Positions 9,437-20,502 of a stretch of 64,000 nucleotides of DNA are shown in pieces. Position 1 is the stretch's first letter. Each line of letters starts with the position of its first letter. This DNA is from Polyangiales bacterium (GTDB lineage: Bacteria; Myxococcota_A; Polyangia; Polyangiales; Polyangiaceae). The position numbers were made by a program, and so were the translations under genes. The notes below the pieces were generated by a model that worked only from the letters and a program-made list of their open reading frames with translations, was not told where the DNA came from and did not search any database. The stretch covers positions 544,001-608,000 of the forward strand of contig JBBRLQ010000002.1 of the NCBI GenBank assembly GCA_038231275.1, in the 5' to 3' direction.

Positions 9437-10387
9437 TCAGGGCGACGCCGAGCCTTTCAAGTCGTTGTATTGTGCAAGTACCTGCGCCGGCGTGATCGTG
9501 TGCCCCTGCACTGGCTGGTACAGCGTGAACACCGAGCCCGCGGCCTCGAAGTCGGCTTTGTCCTGTAGCGGCTGGGCCATGCCGTTCGGGTCGGTCGTCC
9601 CCTGCACGTGGCTCACCGGGATTTTCCACGGCGCGGCGGAGGGAGGGTAGCCGTTCTGCCGCGCGAAGCCCGCGTTGGAGCCGCCCATCGCGAGCCCCGA
9701 GAACTGGCTCGCCGCGCCGATGCCAAGGAGGTAGCCGTAGAAGCCGCCTTCTGAGAAGCCCCACAAGATGTGCCGTTTCGGATCCACGTCGTAGCAGTCG
9801 TCGATCTCTTTCACGAGATCCTGCACGTGGTTCAGATCGGCGACCGCCCAGTTCGCGCCATTCGGGTACGTCACCGGATCGGTGGCCGCGCGCGAGCCCT
9901 TCGGCGCCACGAGCACCAGCTGCGCACTGTCGGCGATCGGCTGCCAGAGGGCCGCGAGCTCGCCGGTGCCGTCGGAGTCCTGGCCATGCATGATGACGAC
10001 GACGATGTGCGCGACCTTTGGATCGTAGGTGCTCGGTGCGTAGACGTGGAACGCGAGGCCCCCCGCTTGCTGGAACGCCGTGAGACCCGTCTTGTGCGCC
10101 TGGTACTTGCAGCCCAGCTTGCTCGCGTCGCCTGCGCTCGTCGCCCCATCACGTCCGGCGTCACCGCTCGCTGCATCGCCCGCCGCATCGCCCGCCGCGG
10201 CACCGTCGGACCCAATCGGTCCGTCACCGCCCATGGCCCCGTCCCCCTGCCCGGTCCCGCCGCCGCCGTCGTCGCCCGACGCGCTCGCGGCATCGGTGGA
10301 CGAGCACGCCGCGAGCGCGACGAACGACACGGTCGCCGCGAGCGCGCCGAGGACCCAGGAGAGACGGCCGCTGCCCATGCCGCTCAT
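9437..10387 (-). CDS. Lipoprotein with alpha/beta-hydrolase (esterase/PHB-depolymerase-like) domain
   Basis: Lipobox LAAC, DAG-rich linker, MHGQ, GFSEGG nucleophile elbow, GTTD, GH. Confidence 0.8.
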   Translation of the reverse strand: MSGMGSGRLSWVLGALAATVSFVALAACSSTDAASASGDDGGGGTGQGDGAMGGDGPIGSDGAAAGDAAGDAASGDAGRDGATSAGDASKLGCKYQAHKTGLTAFQQAGGLAFHVYAPSTYDPKVAHIVVVIMHGQDSDGTGELAALWQPIADSAQLVLVAPKGSRAATDPVTYPNGANWAVADLNHVQDLVKEIDDCYDVDPKRHILWGFSEGGFYGYLLGIGAASQFSGLAMGGSNAGFARQNGYPPSAAPWKIPVSHVQGTTDPNGMAQPLQDKADFEAAGSVFTLYQPVQGHTITPAQVLAQYNDLKGSASP

Positions 10388-10401
10388 GATAGCGCGATGG
10401 C

Positions 10402-11538
10402 TCAAAACGCCAGGTCGACGAGCACCTGCCGGTGGTCGAGCCCCGGGTGCGCCGCCCACGGGTGGTCGTCGTACTCGCCGAGCGCGGAGCCGTATTTCAG
10501 ATCCTGCGACGCCCCACGGTAATACTTTCCGCACGTGGTGCACGCCGCGCCGAAATTCGAGAAGGTGTGGTCGTACTGCCACTTGCCGACCGGGAAGATG
10601 TACTGCGCGCTGTACTCGTCGTCGTGCGGCGCAAAGCCGAAGTGCTGTCCCTTGCTGTAGTTGACGAGGAAGCCGGCCGGCACCTGGAGCTCGTCGTCGC
10701 GCTGCGTGTTCCAGTCGCCGCCGATGATGACGTGCTTCTTGTCCGCCGCGAGCGTGCTCCATGCGCGGCCGACCTCCTCCATCCGGCACTTCTTCTGCGC
10801 GCCGCTGATCGGGTTCGACGGCGGGTGGATCGCGATCGCGGTGATGACGATGGGATTGCCGTGCGCGTCCTTGCTGCCGAGGAGCTCGAGATCGGCGGAG
10901 CGCGCCGTGAAGTCGTAGTGGCAGTTCGATTTGTCCCACGCGTCGGCGTTCGACCCGAAGACGTGCCCCGCCGAGCGCAGCGCGAGCTTCTTCGTGTCGT
11001 AGACGACGCACTCGTGGCGGTGCGACGCCTTGGGGTTGTCCATCGGGAACTCGGCGTCCTCGAGGCCGGTGTCGCGATCGATGCTGGCGTGGCACGAGAC
11101 GGCGTACGGCTTGTCGGGAACGTCGGGGAGAATGGGGCCGCCGAGGTTCTTCGTCGCGTCGCCGCCGCGCTTCACGTCACTCTCGAAGATCGTCCGCGTG
11201 AGCTGTGGCTCGTCGAGGACCTCGGAGATCAGGATGACGTCCGGCTTCCACGTCGCGATGTACGCGCGGATCTGCTGCGAGACGTCCGAAGCGCAGAGCT
11301 TGTCCTCGTAGGGGCTGCACCCTCCGCGCACGTCGGCGTTTCCGACGTTCATCGCGAGATAGCGCAGGTGGTGCCCCGACGCGCCGAGCGCCGAGGTGTC
11401 ATCGGCGGGCGGGTCGATCGCCCCGTTCGAGCCGCTGCAGGCGGCGACGCCGACCAGGAACGGCAGAGAGAAGAGGAGGTGATGGGCACGCGGCAAGGTG
11501 GGCCTCACGGGGTTTGCCCACCTGTAAGCAAATGTCAC
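10402..11538 (-). CDS. Lipoprotein, endonuclease/exonuclease/phosphatase family (start uncertain)
   Basis: VAAC lipobox; AMNV, PDVILISEV, H, GGDWN, YDH, LDHRQV motifs. Confidence 0.8.
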   Translation of the reverse strand: MTFAYRWANPVRPTLPRAHHLLFSLPFLVGVAACSGSNGAIDPPADDTSALGASGHHLRYLAMNVGNADVRGGCSPYEDKLCASDVSQQIRAYIATWKPDVILISEVLDEPQLTRTIFESDVKRGGDATKNLGGPILPDVPDKPYAVSCHASIDRDTGLEDAEFPMDNPKASHRHECVVYDTKKLALRSAGHVFGSNADAWDKSNCHYDFTARSADLELLGSKDAHGNPIVITAIAIHPPSNPISGAQKKCRMEEVGRAWSTLAADKKHVIIGGDWNTQRDDELQVPAGFLVNYSKGQHFGFAPHDDEYSAQYIFPVGKWQYDHTFSNFGAACTTCGKYYRGASQDLKYGSALGEYDDHPWAAHPGLDHRQVLVDLAF

Positions 11539-11678
11539 ACCCGTGCAGTGTTATTGAAATAATTCAGATTTTCAGCGGGAGTGGGCTGGAGCGGATCCGC
11601 TTTGTGGCGGCGCGCGCGATCCAGCCCGGGCCAACGGAAGGGGCGAGCGTTTCGCTCCGCTGCGCTTCGCTCCACTCC

Positions 11679-12887
11679 TCAATTGAGCCAGAGAAAGTAG
11701 CGAAGCTTTCGGGCGAAGGACTCCTCCCCGTGCTCGAGCTCGGAGGCCATTCGCGCGAGGCGGCGCGGGAGCGGCGAAGGGCGCATCCGATCGGCGTATG
11801 CGTCGCCCAGGACCGATCGGAGGGCGCGATCCGGATCGCGTTGGGCGTGCTCGAGGACCTCTACGTCAAGGTGGAGATCGCGCGGCGACGAGAGCAGCTT
11901 GCCGACGTCGACGAAGCCGTGCACCGGCACCCTCGTCCCCTCCCCTGCGAGGCTCATGAGCTCGCCGAGATCGAGCCCCTCCTCGCTGCGCACGAGGCGT
12001 CGCGCATCCCCAAGCACACCCTCCCAGGTCGCGTAGAGCGCCTCGTCGACCGGCAGCGGCAACGGGTGACTCTGCTGGCGCGGGCTCGGCACCCACTCGC
12101 GATCGTCGTCGACCTCTGCGAGGTACGCTCGCCGCGCGCGATCGGAGTGGTCGATCCCTTCGAGGATCCGATCGCGCGCCGCCCGCACGCGGCCGGCGTC
12201 CTCGAGGTTGATGACGAGCATGCCCTTCTGCGACTCTTTGAATCCGACGATGTCCTTCCAGCGGTAGGCGACAATGAGATCGACGAGCGCGCGCTGGAAC
12301 GCCACCATCGCGCGGGCCCACGCGACGTCGCCCGCGTCGAGGCGGAACGTGGGCCGGCGTCGCGGGTCGCCGTCCGGGAGCGGCTCGCCCGTCGCGTCCA
12401 GCTCGATTTCGAGGAGGCGGTCGTCGCGGCCGTTCTCCTGACCGTCGTGGTTCCAGTCGCCTTTCCAGCACGCGATGCAGAGCTCGAGGGCGAACGCCTT
12501 GTCCTCCTCGGCCACCGCGAGATCTTGATCGATGCGCGCGAGCGTCTCCTCCGCCTTGACGAGGGACGCGCGGAGGCGGTCGAAATCCGGACGGCGGCGC
12601 ATCGACCCGCCGACGACGACGATGACCTCTTCGGCCAGATTGTCGGCCATCTTCTCCCACGTGGCGATGGCGCGTACCGCACGCGCGAGGGCGTTCGTGT
12701 CGTCCTTGCCGAGCGCGTCGTCGGCGGCACGCGAGGCCTCGGTGAATCGCCCCGCTTGAAGCGCGAGCACCGCCGGGCGTGCGCTGTCTGCGCGCTCGGC
12801 TGGCGTCTGACGCGCGCCGCACGAGCCGGACGCGAGGAGGAGCACGCCGAGCACGAGGATGACGACGAACCGATGCACCCACCCCAT
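11679..12887 (-). CDS. Hypothetical lipoprotein
   Basis: MGWVHRFVVILVLGVLLLASGSC signal; helical body; DWNHDG possible Ca-binding loop. Confidence 0.7.
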   Translation of the reverse strand: MGWVHRFVVILVLGVLLLASGSCGARQTPAERADSARPAVLALQAGRFTEASRAADDALGKDDTNALARAVRAIATWEKMADNLAEEVIVVVGGSMRRRPDFDRLRASLVKAEETLARIDQDLAVAEEDKAFALELCIACWKGDWNHDGQENGRDDRLLEIELDATGEPLPDGDPRRRPTFRLDAGDVAWARAMVAFQRALVDLIVAYRWKDIVGFKESQKGMLVINLEDAGRVRAARDRILEGIDHSDRARRAYLAEVDDDREWVPSPRQQSHPLPLPVDEALYATWEGVLGDARRLVRSEEGLDLGELMSLAGEGTRVPVHGFVDVGKLLSSPRDLHLDVEVLEHAQRDPDRALRSVLGDAYADRMRPSPLPRRLARMASELEHGEESFARKLRYFLWLN

Positions 12888-12928
12888 GAGGATAGATCCT
12901 ACGCGCGCCGCGTGCGCTTGTCCGGCGA

Positions 12929-13915
12929 TCAGGGGACCAAGAGGACCTTCCCGTCGCTCGCGCCCTGCTGGGCCGCGGCGAGGGCGGCGTCGTGCTCCGC
13001 GAGCGAGAACCGCGCGCGCACCTGGGTGCGGAGGACGCCGCCGAGCAGGCCCTGCACCTTCATGATGGCGAAGAGCTGCCCCAGCGTGCTCGTGGATTCG
13101 AGCCACTCGTACATCGTGAAGCCTTCGATCCGCTTGCCGTGGAAGACGAGGTCCGATGTCTCGACGCGGCAGGGCGCGTTGGAGAGCATTCCGTAGACAC
13201 GCACGACGCTGCCCGGCGGCATCGCGGCGAAGAGCTGCCCGGTCGTCTCGCCGCCGACGGCGTCGAGGGCGAGCGAGACGCCGAGCTTGGCAGAGAGGGC
13301 GCGGAGCTCCTCGACGAAACCCTCTTCGCTCGAGTCGAGGACGTGCGTGGCCCCCTCCTCCTTCTTCAACGCCTCGGCTTGTGCCAGGCGGCGCACGACG
13401 TGAACGACCTCTCGTCCTTGCGCGCGCATCAGCCGGCTCGTCATTCGTCCGAGGGCGCCCGCGGCGGCCGTCAGCACGACGGCGCGGTGGCCTTCACGGC
13501 GCGCGCGCGTCGCGAGCACCCACGCGGTGAGCGGGTTGGTCAGCATCGTCGCGCCCGCTTCGAGCTCGACGCCGCCGCGAAGCGGAGCGCAGCGCATCGC
13601 CGGCACCGCGACGTACTCGGCCCACGTCCCGTCCCCGTCGCCGGCGGCGCAGGCCACGCGTCGTCCGAGCATCGTCCGCGCGATGAAGCCGCCGCCCGCC
13701 GCGACGACCGTGCCACTCCCCTCGAATCCGGGCACCACCGGCAGCGCCTTCTTCACCTCGTACTGATCGCGGAGAAAGAGCAGATCGTTCGGGTTGATTG
13801 GCGCGGCCGCCACGTGCACGAGCACCTCGCCACGACGCGGCGTCGGGACCGCCTTTTCGACGAGCACCGGCCGCGGCAGCTCGCCCTCGCGGGTCCGCAG
13901 CTCCAAGGCGCGCAT
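12929..13915 (-). CDS. MDR-family (zinc-independent) oxidoreductase / quinone or enoyl reductase-like
   Basis: PINPND, PGFEGSG, GTWAEY, AAAGALG, GKVLL. Confidence 0.88.
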   Translation of the reverse strand: MRALELRTREGELPRPVLVEKAVPTPRRGEVLVHVAAAPINPNDLLFLRDQYEVKKALPVVPGFEGSGTVVAAGGGFIARTMLGRRVACAAGDGDGTWAEYVAVPAMRCAPLRGGVELEAGATMLTNPLTAWVLATRARREGHRAVVLTAAAGALGRMTSRLMRAQGREVVHVVRRLAQAEALKKEEGATHVLDSSEEGFVEELRALSAKLGVSLALDAVGGETTGQLFAAMPPGSVVRVYGMLSNAPCRVETSDLVFHGKRIEGFTMYEWLESTSTLGQLFAIMKVQGLLGGVLRTQVRARFSLAEHDAALAAAQQGASDGKVLLVP

Positions 13916-13998
13916 CGTGGTGGGGGCCGACGCTCGGGTCATGTTCGGCGCGTTGGATGCCCGCGCGCGGCCGAGCGTAGCGCGAGTATGATGCGCGG

Positions 13999-16284
13999 AT
14001 GAAGCTGCCCGTCGAGACGCCACGCGCGGCGTCCAAGACGACTCCCCCGGCGCCGCATATGGGCGTCCTGGGGTTTCTGGCGGCGCTCCTCCCCTACTTC
14101 GCGCCGCACAAGGCGGTCGCGGTCCTCATCCTCGCGACGATGCTCGTGGATCTCGCGTACGCCACCGTGGTCCCGCTCCTGTTCCAGGCGCTGATCGACG
14201 AGGCGATCGTCCCGCACGACATGAAGAGGCTCACGCTGATCCTCGGCGGCTTGGCGGGCGGCGCCGCCGTCGCGACGATCTCGGGCTTCATTCAGGATCT
14301 CGCGTACGCGCGCGCGGGCGTCGCCGTGATGAACGCCATTCGCCTGCGTCTGTTCTCCCACTTGCAGGAGCTGTCGACCGAGTTCCACGCGCGAACCCAG
14401 ATCGGCGACCTCCTCTCGCGCTTCTCGTCGGATCTGGCGTCGGTCGAGAACGGGCTCATCTGGTATTTGCCGTCGATCATGGCCGGCGCGGGCGGCTTCG
14501 TCATCAGCGTCGCGCTGCTCTTCCGGCTCGAGTGGCGCCTCGCCGTCGTGTCGGTCATCGGCCTCTTGATCTCGTTCTGGATCGCCAAGCGCCTCGAGCC
14601 ACGCGCGAACGATCTCGCGTACCAGCTCAAGGAGGAGATCGGCGTCGTCACCGTCGCGGTGCAGGAGAACCTCGCGGCGCAGGCCGTCGTGAAGGGCTTC
14701 AACCTACAAAATCAGCAGCGCGAGCGGTTCCGCGCCAAGCTCGATACCCTCCTCGGCCTCTCGCGGCGCGCGAACTGGATCGGCTTCGCGATGGCGCGCG
14801 TCCCCAACGTCGGCGCGCTCCTCATGGGCTTCGCGACGCTCGCGATCGGCGCGTACCTCGTCTTTGTCAACGAGATGACGATGGGCGAGCTCGTTGCATT
14901 CTACACGCTCTTCGGCCAAGTCTCGGTGAGCGTCACCAGCCTCACCTACTCGACGCCGTCGCTGCTCGAGGGAGCCGCGGGGATGGAGCGCCTCGACGAG
15001 GTGCTGCGCGAGACGCCGACGGTGAAAGACGGTCCCGACGCGACGCCGCTCCCGGCGCTGGCCCGCGAGCTCGAGCTCCGCGACGTGACGTTCGGGTACA
15101 CGGAGACGACGACGCACCTCGACGGCGTGACGCTCACGATCCCGAAGGGTCACTCGATCGCCTTCGTCGGCGCGAGCGGCTCCGGCAAGAGCACGATCTT
15201 GAACCTCGTCAGCCGCTTCTACGATCCGCGCGCCGGCGCGGTGAAGTACGACGGACGCGACATCAAAGAGGTCACGCTCGAAGCGCTGCGCGGACAGCTC
15301 GGCATCGTCTTCCAGGACAGCGTCCTCTTCGATACGACGATCCGCGAGAACATCCGGCTCGGACGCGCCGGCGCGACCGACGCGGAGATCGAGGAGGCGG
15401 CGAAGGCGGCCGAGATCCACGACTTCATCGTCGGCTCTCCAGAAGGCTACGAGACGCGCGTGGGCGAGCGCGGGAGCCGACTCTCGGGCGGCCAGCGGCA
15501 ACGCGTCGCGATCGCGCGTGCGCTGGTGCGCCGCCCCTCGGTGCTCCTCTTGGACGAGGCGACATCGGCGCTCGACCCGCAGACCGAATCGCTGATCGAC
15601 GCGACGATCCACAAGCTCGCGCGCGCGCACACGGTGCTATCGGTGACCCATCGCCTCGCCGCGGTGGTGAGCTGCGACCGCGTCTTCGTGCTCGATCGCG
15701 GCAAAATCGTGGAGGTGGGCACCCACGAGGAGCTCCTCGCGAAGGAGGGCCTGTACGCCAGCCTGTGGGAGAAGCAGCAGGGCTTCACGCTCAGCGACGA
15801 CGGGGAGAAAGCGGCGGTGTCCGCGGGGCGGCTCTCGGCGGTGCCGCTCTTCTCGAAGCTCGACATGCCGACGCTCGCGGAGATCGCCGATCAGATGACG
15901 TCGGTGTCGCGCGACGCGGGCACGGTGCTCGTGCGCGAGGGAGACCCCGGGGACGAGCTCTTCGTCGTCGCGCGTGGGCGCCTCGAGGTGCTTAAGCGGG
16001 CGCCCGACGGCCACCAGGAGCGCGTCGAAATTTTCGACGATGGGGATACGTTCGGCGAGATCTCGCTCATGCGCGACGTTCCGCGGACGGCGACGGTGCG
16101 CACCCTGACGGCGACGACGTACCTGACGCTGAAGCGCGCGCCGTTCCTGCGTCTGGTCGCGCGGGTGCCCGGGATGAAGGCGCGCCTGGACGCGGAGATC
16201 GACGCGCGCCTCCGCGAAAACGCGTCGGTGGAAGCCGGGGGCCCGGGGATCGTGGAGAAGCCTTCGCAGCGCACCGGCGCGTGA
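13999..16284 (+). CDS. ABC exporter (TMD+NBD) with C-terminal cyclic-nucleotide-binding domain
   Basis: Six-TM domain, GASGSGKS, LSGGQRQR, LLLDEATSALD; C-terminal FGEISLMRDVPRTATV. Confidence 0.92.
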   Translation: MKLPVETPRAASKTTPPAPHMGVLGFLAALLPYFAPHKAVAVLILATMLVDLAYATVVPLLFQALIDEAIVPHDMKRLTLILGGLAGGAAVATISGFIQDLAYARAGVAVMNAIRLRLFSHLQELSTEFHARTQIGDLLSRFSSDLASVENGLIWYLPSIMAGAGGFVISVALLFRLEWRLAVVSVIGLLISFWIAKRLEPRANDLAYQLKEEIGVVTVAVQENLAAQAVVKGFNLQNQQRERFRAKLDTLLGLSRRANWIGFAMARVPNVGALLMGFATLAIGAYLVFVNEMTMGELVAFYTLFGQVSVSVTSLTYSTPSLLEGAAGMERLDEVLRETPTVKDGPDATPLPALARELELRDVTFGYTETTTHLDGVTLTIPKGHSIAFVGASGSGKSTILNLVSRFYDPRAGAVKYDGRDIKEVTLEALRGQLGIVFQDSVLFDTTIRENIRLGRAGATDAEIEEAAKAAEIHDFIVGSPEGYETRVGERGSRLSGGQRQRVAIARALVRRPSVLLLDEATSALDPQTESLIDATIHKLARAHTVLSVTHRLAAVVSCDRVFVLDRGKIVEVGTHEELLAKEGLYASLWEKQQGFTLSDDGEKAAVSAGRLSAVPLFSKLDMPTLAEIADQMTSVSRDAGTVLVREGDPGDELFVVARGRLEVLKRAPDGHQERVEIFDDGDTFGEISLMRDVPRTATVRTLTATTYLTLKRAPFLRLVARVPGMKARLDAEIDARLRENASVEAGGPGIVEKPSQRTGA

Positions 16285-16706
16285 CCGCGGTGGCCGCGCG
16301 CGCCCTTCCTCGCTACGCTGTCGGTGTGCGCTTCGAATTCCACGCCGCGCTGCTGGTCGCGCTCGCGGCTTGCGCGGACACGCCGGACCTGACGTATGCG
16401 CCGAACGGTGACGCGGGCGTCGACGCGACATCGACCGCTGACGCGGGCGACAGCGGCGTGGGGAAAGCGGATGGAGCCGCGGACGCCGCAGGCGATGGCG
16501 CGGCCTCTGCGGACGGCGCGACGGGCTGTGCGACGGGAAGCCCCCCTCCCGGCGCCACTCGATGCTGCGGCACCGTTCCCTGCGTGGACCGATCGGGCAA
16601 CGGCTGCAACTGCGGTGACTGCGATGCGCTCGCATGCCCGGGCTGGTGCTGCGTCAACGGCAACCAGCAAGTCCTGTGCACGCAAAGCTCCAAAGCGTGC
16701 AAGTAG
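16281..16706 (+). CDS. Small Cys-rich lipoprotein
   Basis: GTGA overlap with ABC stop (true start could be a later GTG); LAAC lipobox; DAG linker; 12 Cys in C-terminal ~60 aa. Confidence 0.7.
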   Translation: MTAVAARALPRYAVGVRFEFHAALLVALAACADTPDLTYAPNGDAGVDATSTADAGDSGVGKADGAADAAGDGAASADGATGCATGSPPPGATRCCGTVPCVDRSGNGCNCGDCDALACPGWCCVNGNQQVLCTQSSKACK

Positions 16707-16753
16707 CGGCGCGTGCAAGTACCGGCGCGCTCGCGCCACACGTGGCGTAATGG

Positions 16754-17086
16754 CTACGCCCGCCCGACCAGATGAAGGAGCCCGCGAATGGCTGCATGCA
16801 GGACCATGTACGCGGCGATCGCGATGACGAGCGGCCACACCACGTGCGCGCCGTCGATCGTGTCGGTGCCGACGATCGACTTGAACGGCCCATAGAACGG
16901 GTCGGTCACGCTCGCGATGAACTGGTAAAATCCCGCCGATCTCCGCGCGTTGATGAGCTCGAGGACGAGCCGGATCGCGAGGATGCCGTAGACGAGCCCA
17001 AAGGCGTAGTCGAGCACGCGCGCGACGAGCGCGAGCGTACGCGCCTTGGAGGACGGAGACGGTTCTTCCACGACGTATGTGCTCAT
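16754..17086 (-). CDS. YggT family membrane protein
   Basis: LAIRLVLEL...FIASVTDPFYGPFK. Confidence 0.8.
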   Translation of the reverse strand: MSTYVVEEPSPSSKARTLALVARVLDYAFGLVYGILAIRLVLELINARRSAGFYQFIASVTDPFYGPFKSIVGTDTIDGAHVVWPLVIAIAAYMVLHAAIRGLLHLVGRA

Positions 17087-17187
17087 GGCCGGCTCTATCG
17101 CACGATGCGTGCCGGCGTGGCTGGACGGCGCCGCCCTATGACGTTACGACGCGGCTTGTCCTGGAACGATCGAAGGAGGGTGCGATC

Positions 17188-17973
17188 ATGACGAATCCGA
17201 ACACGGGGCGCTTCACCTGGCACGAGCTCGTCACGAGCGACGCGGCGGTCGCGACGACGTTCTATTCGGCTCTCTTCGGCTGGAAGGTGACCGAGAACCC
17301 GATGCCGACGGGAGGCACGTACCGCACCTTCTCGCACGGGCAGGCGAGCCCGGCCGGCGAGACGATGATCGGCGGAGCGATGGAGGCGCCGAAGGGTGTG
17401 CCGTCGGGTTGGCTCGTCTACGTCGGCGTCGAGGACGTCGACGCGGCGGCAAAGAAGATCGGCGAGCGCGGCGGCAAGATCGTGGTCCCACCGACGACGG
17501 TGCCGGACATGCTTCGCTTCGCGTGCGCGATGGATCCGCAAGGCGCGGCGTTCGGGATCTTGAAGGGGATCGGCCCCGGCGCCGACGCGTCGCCGTACGA
17601 CGGCCCCCCGCGCCCCGGCACCTTCTGCTGGGACGAGCTCCACACCAAAGAAATCGACGCCGCGAAGAAGTTCTACGGTGACGTCTTCGGCTGGACCGGC
17701 AAGGGCGACGACGGCGGCAACGACTACTGGCACGTGCGTAGCAACGGCAAGGACATCGGTGGAATGACGTCGCACATGGGCGGCCCCAACGTGCCGCCGC
17801 ACTGGCTCGCGTACATCGCGGTCTCCGACGTCGACGACATCACGAAGAAGGCCGAGACCCTTGGCGGGAAAGTGATGATGCCCGCGATGGAGATCCCCAA
17901 GGTCGGCCGATTCTCGGTGGTGCAGGATCCAACCGGGGCGGTTTTCTCGCCGTTCCGTTCCGCGCGTGTGTGA
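17188..17973 (+). CDS. Two-domain VOC/glyoxalase family protein
   Basis: GRFTWHEL / GTFCWDEL, DPQGAAF / DPTGAVF; AAGGAGG RBS. Confidence 0.9.
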   Translation: MTNPNTGRFTWHELVTSDAAVATTFYSALFGWKVTENPMPTGGTYRTFSHGQASPAGETMIGGAMEAPKGVPSGWLVYVGVEDVDAAAKKIGERGGKIVVPPTTVPDMLRFACAMDPQGAAFGILKGIGPGADASPYDGPPRPGTFCWDELHTKEIDAAKKFYGDVFGWTGKGDDGGNDYWHVRSNGKDIGGMTSHMGGPNVPPHWLAYIAVSDVDDITKKAETLGGKVMMPAMEIPKVGRFSVVQDPTGAVFSPFRSARV

Positions 17974-17980
17974 AGACGAG

Positions 17981-18002
17981 TTTTTTAAGAATTTTTTAAG
18001 AA
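17981..18002 (+). repeat. AT-rich 11-bp tandem direct repeat
   Basis: TTTTTTAAGAA x2 immediately before the RBS of the next gene. Confidence 0.8.
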
Positions 18003-18012
18003 GAGGTGAACC

Positions 18013-18348
18013 ATGAAAAAGTTTCTCGTTCTCTATAGGGCACCGGCGTCGTCGTTCCAGATGATGCAAAAAGCCACGCCCGAGCAGCAGAAGGCCGGCA
18101 TGGATGCATGGATGGCGTGGGGCACGAAGGCCGCGTCGGCGATCGTCGACATGGGCGCGCCGCTCGGAAAGAGCCTCCGCGTCACGAACGCCGGCTCGGG
18201 CGCGAGCACCAACGATCTCGGCGGCTACTCGATCCTCCAAGCCGAATCGAAGGAGGCGCTGGCGGAGACGTTGAAGGGCCACCCTCACTTCATGATGCCG
18301 GAGGGGACCATCGACGTCGTCGAGGTGATGCCGATGCCGGGGATGTAA
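18013..18348 (+). CDS. YciI-like small protein
   Basis: MKKFLVLY...W..W...IVDMGAPLG...GGYSILQAES...HPH. Confidence 0.8.
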   Translation: MKKFLVLYRAPASSFQMMQKATPEQQKAGMDAWMAWGTKAASAIVDMGAPLGKSLRVTNAGSGASTNDLGGYSILQAESKEALAETLKGHPHFMMPEGTIDVVEVMPMPGM

Positions 18349-18384
18349 TCGCCACCGGAATCGAATTCGCACGACGACAGGACC

Positions 18385-18526
18385 ATGAAAGCCGTCCTGC
18401 TGACCGCCTATGGCGGCGTCGACATGCTTGAGGTGCGTGACGTCCCCACGCCGGGCGCCGACCAGATCGTGGTCGGCATGTCCGGCGCGAGCGTCAACCC
18501 AATCGAATGGAAGCTCCGCAGCGGCG
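18385..18526 (+). pseudogene. 5' fragment of NADPH:quinone oxidoreductase/MDR gene
   Basis: MKAVLLTAYGGVDMLEVRDVP...GASVNPIEWKLRSG, then similarity stops at the stop codon of the opposing gene. Confidence 0.75.
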
Positions 18527-19105
18527 TCACGTCGCGCGGCGCGCCCGCGTGTCCAACATCATCGCGCGGATCACGAGGCCGACGAGGACTGCGCCGAGGA
18601 TCGCGGAGGCGCCGAGCGTGCCGAGCGTGCCGAGCGCGAGGTCTCCCTTCTCCTTCGACTTCGTCAAGACGTCGCCGACCGTCGCGCCGAAGGGACGCGT
18701 CAAGACGAACGCGATCCAGAACAGCAGGGCGCGCGAATGCGGGTGAAGAACGTCGCGACCACGACGAGCGCGAGCAAGCCCCCGATCAGGAGCGCGCCGC
18801 CCGCGAAGCCGAGGCCCGAGCTGTCCGCGACGAAGTCCCCGAGCGCCGTGGCCGAGGGTGCGGTCCATGGAGTCGGACATCGTCGTGCCGGCGGCGCTCG
18901 TCGTGAAGATGACCGTCCAATAGAGGAGCGGGTGATACCGCCGCGACAGGAGCTGCGCGCCGAGGCTCAGGAGGAACGCCGAGAACAGGATGAGCGAGCT
19001 CTTCGCGTAGCCGACGTTCATCGTCATCGACAGAAGATCGCCCGCGGTCTCGCCGAGCGTCGTCGCCGAGATCTTCATCACCCAGAACGCAGCAGTGATT
19101 TCCAA
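18527..19105 (-). pseudogene. Damaged COG4705/DUF347 membrane protein
   Basis: EITAAFWVMKISATTLGETAGD and FWIAFVLTRPFGATVGD in one frame; TALGDFVADSSGLGFAGGALL in another frame; apparent internal deletion. Confidence 0.75.
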
Positions 19106-19189
19106 TTCGCGTACCAACGGAGCCGCGTTCGCACAACGTCGCCGAAGTGCGCCTTGCTGCGCGATCGAGCGGCGCGCTAGCGTGCATGG

Positions 19190-20476
<1,287 letters not shown>

Positions 20477-20502
20477 CCACAGGGCTTTGGGTCGCGTCGC
20501 GC

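Noticed and set aside
11545-11575. AT-rich patch TTATTGAAATAATTCAGATTTTC as an att site or operator
   Set aside because: No partner repeat, integrase or clear symmetry in the window
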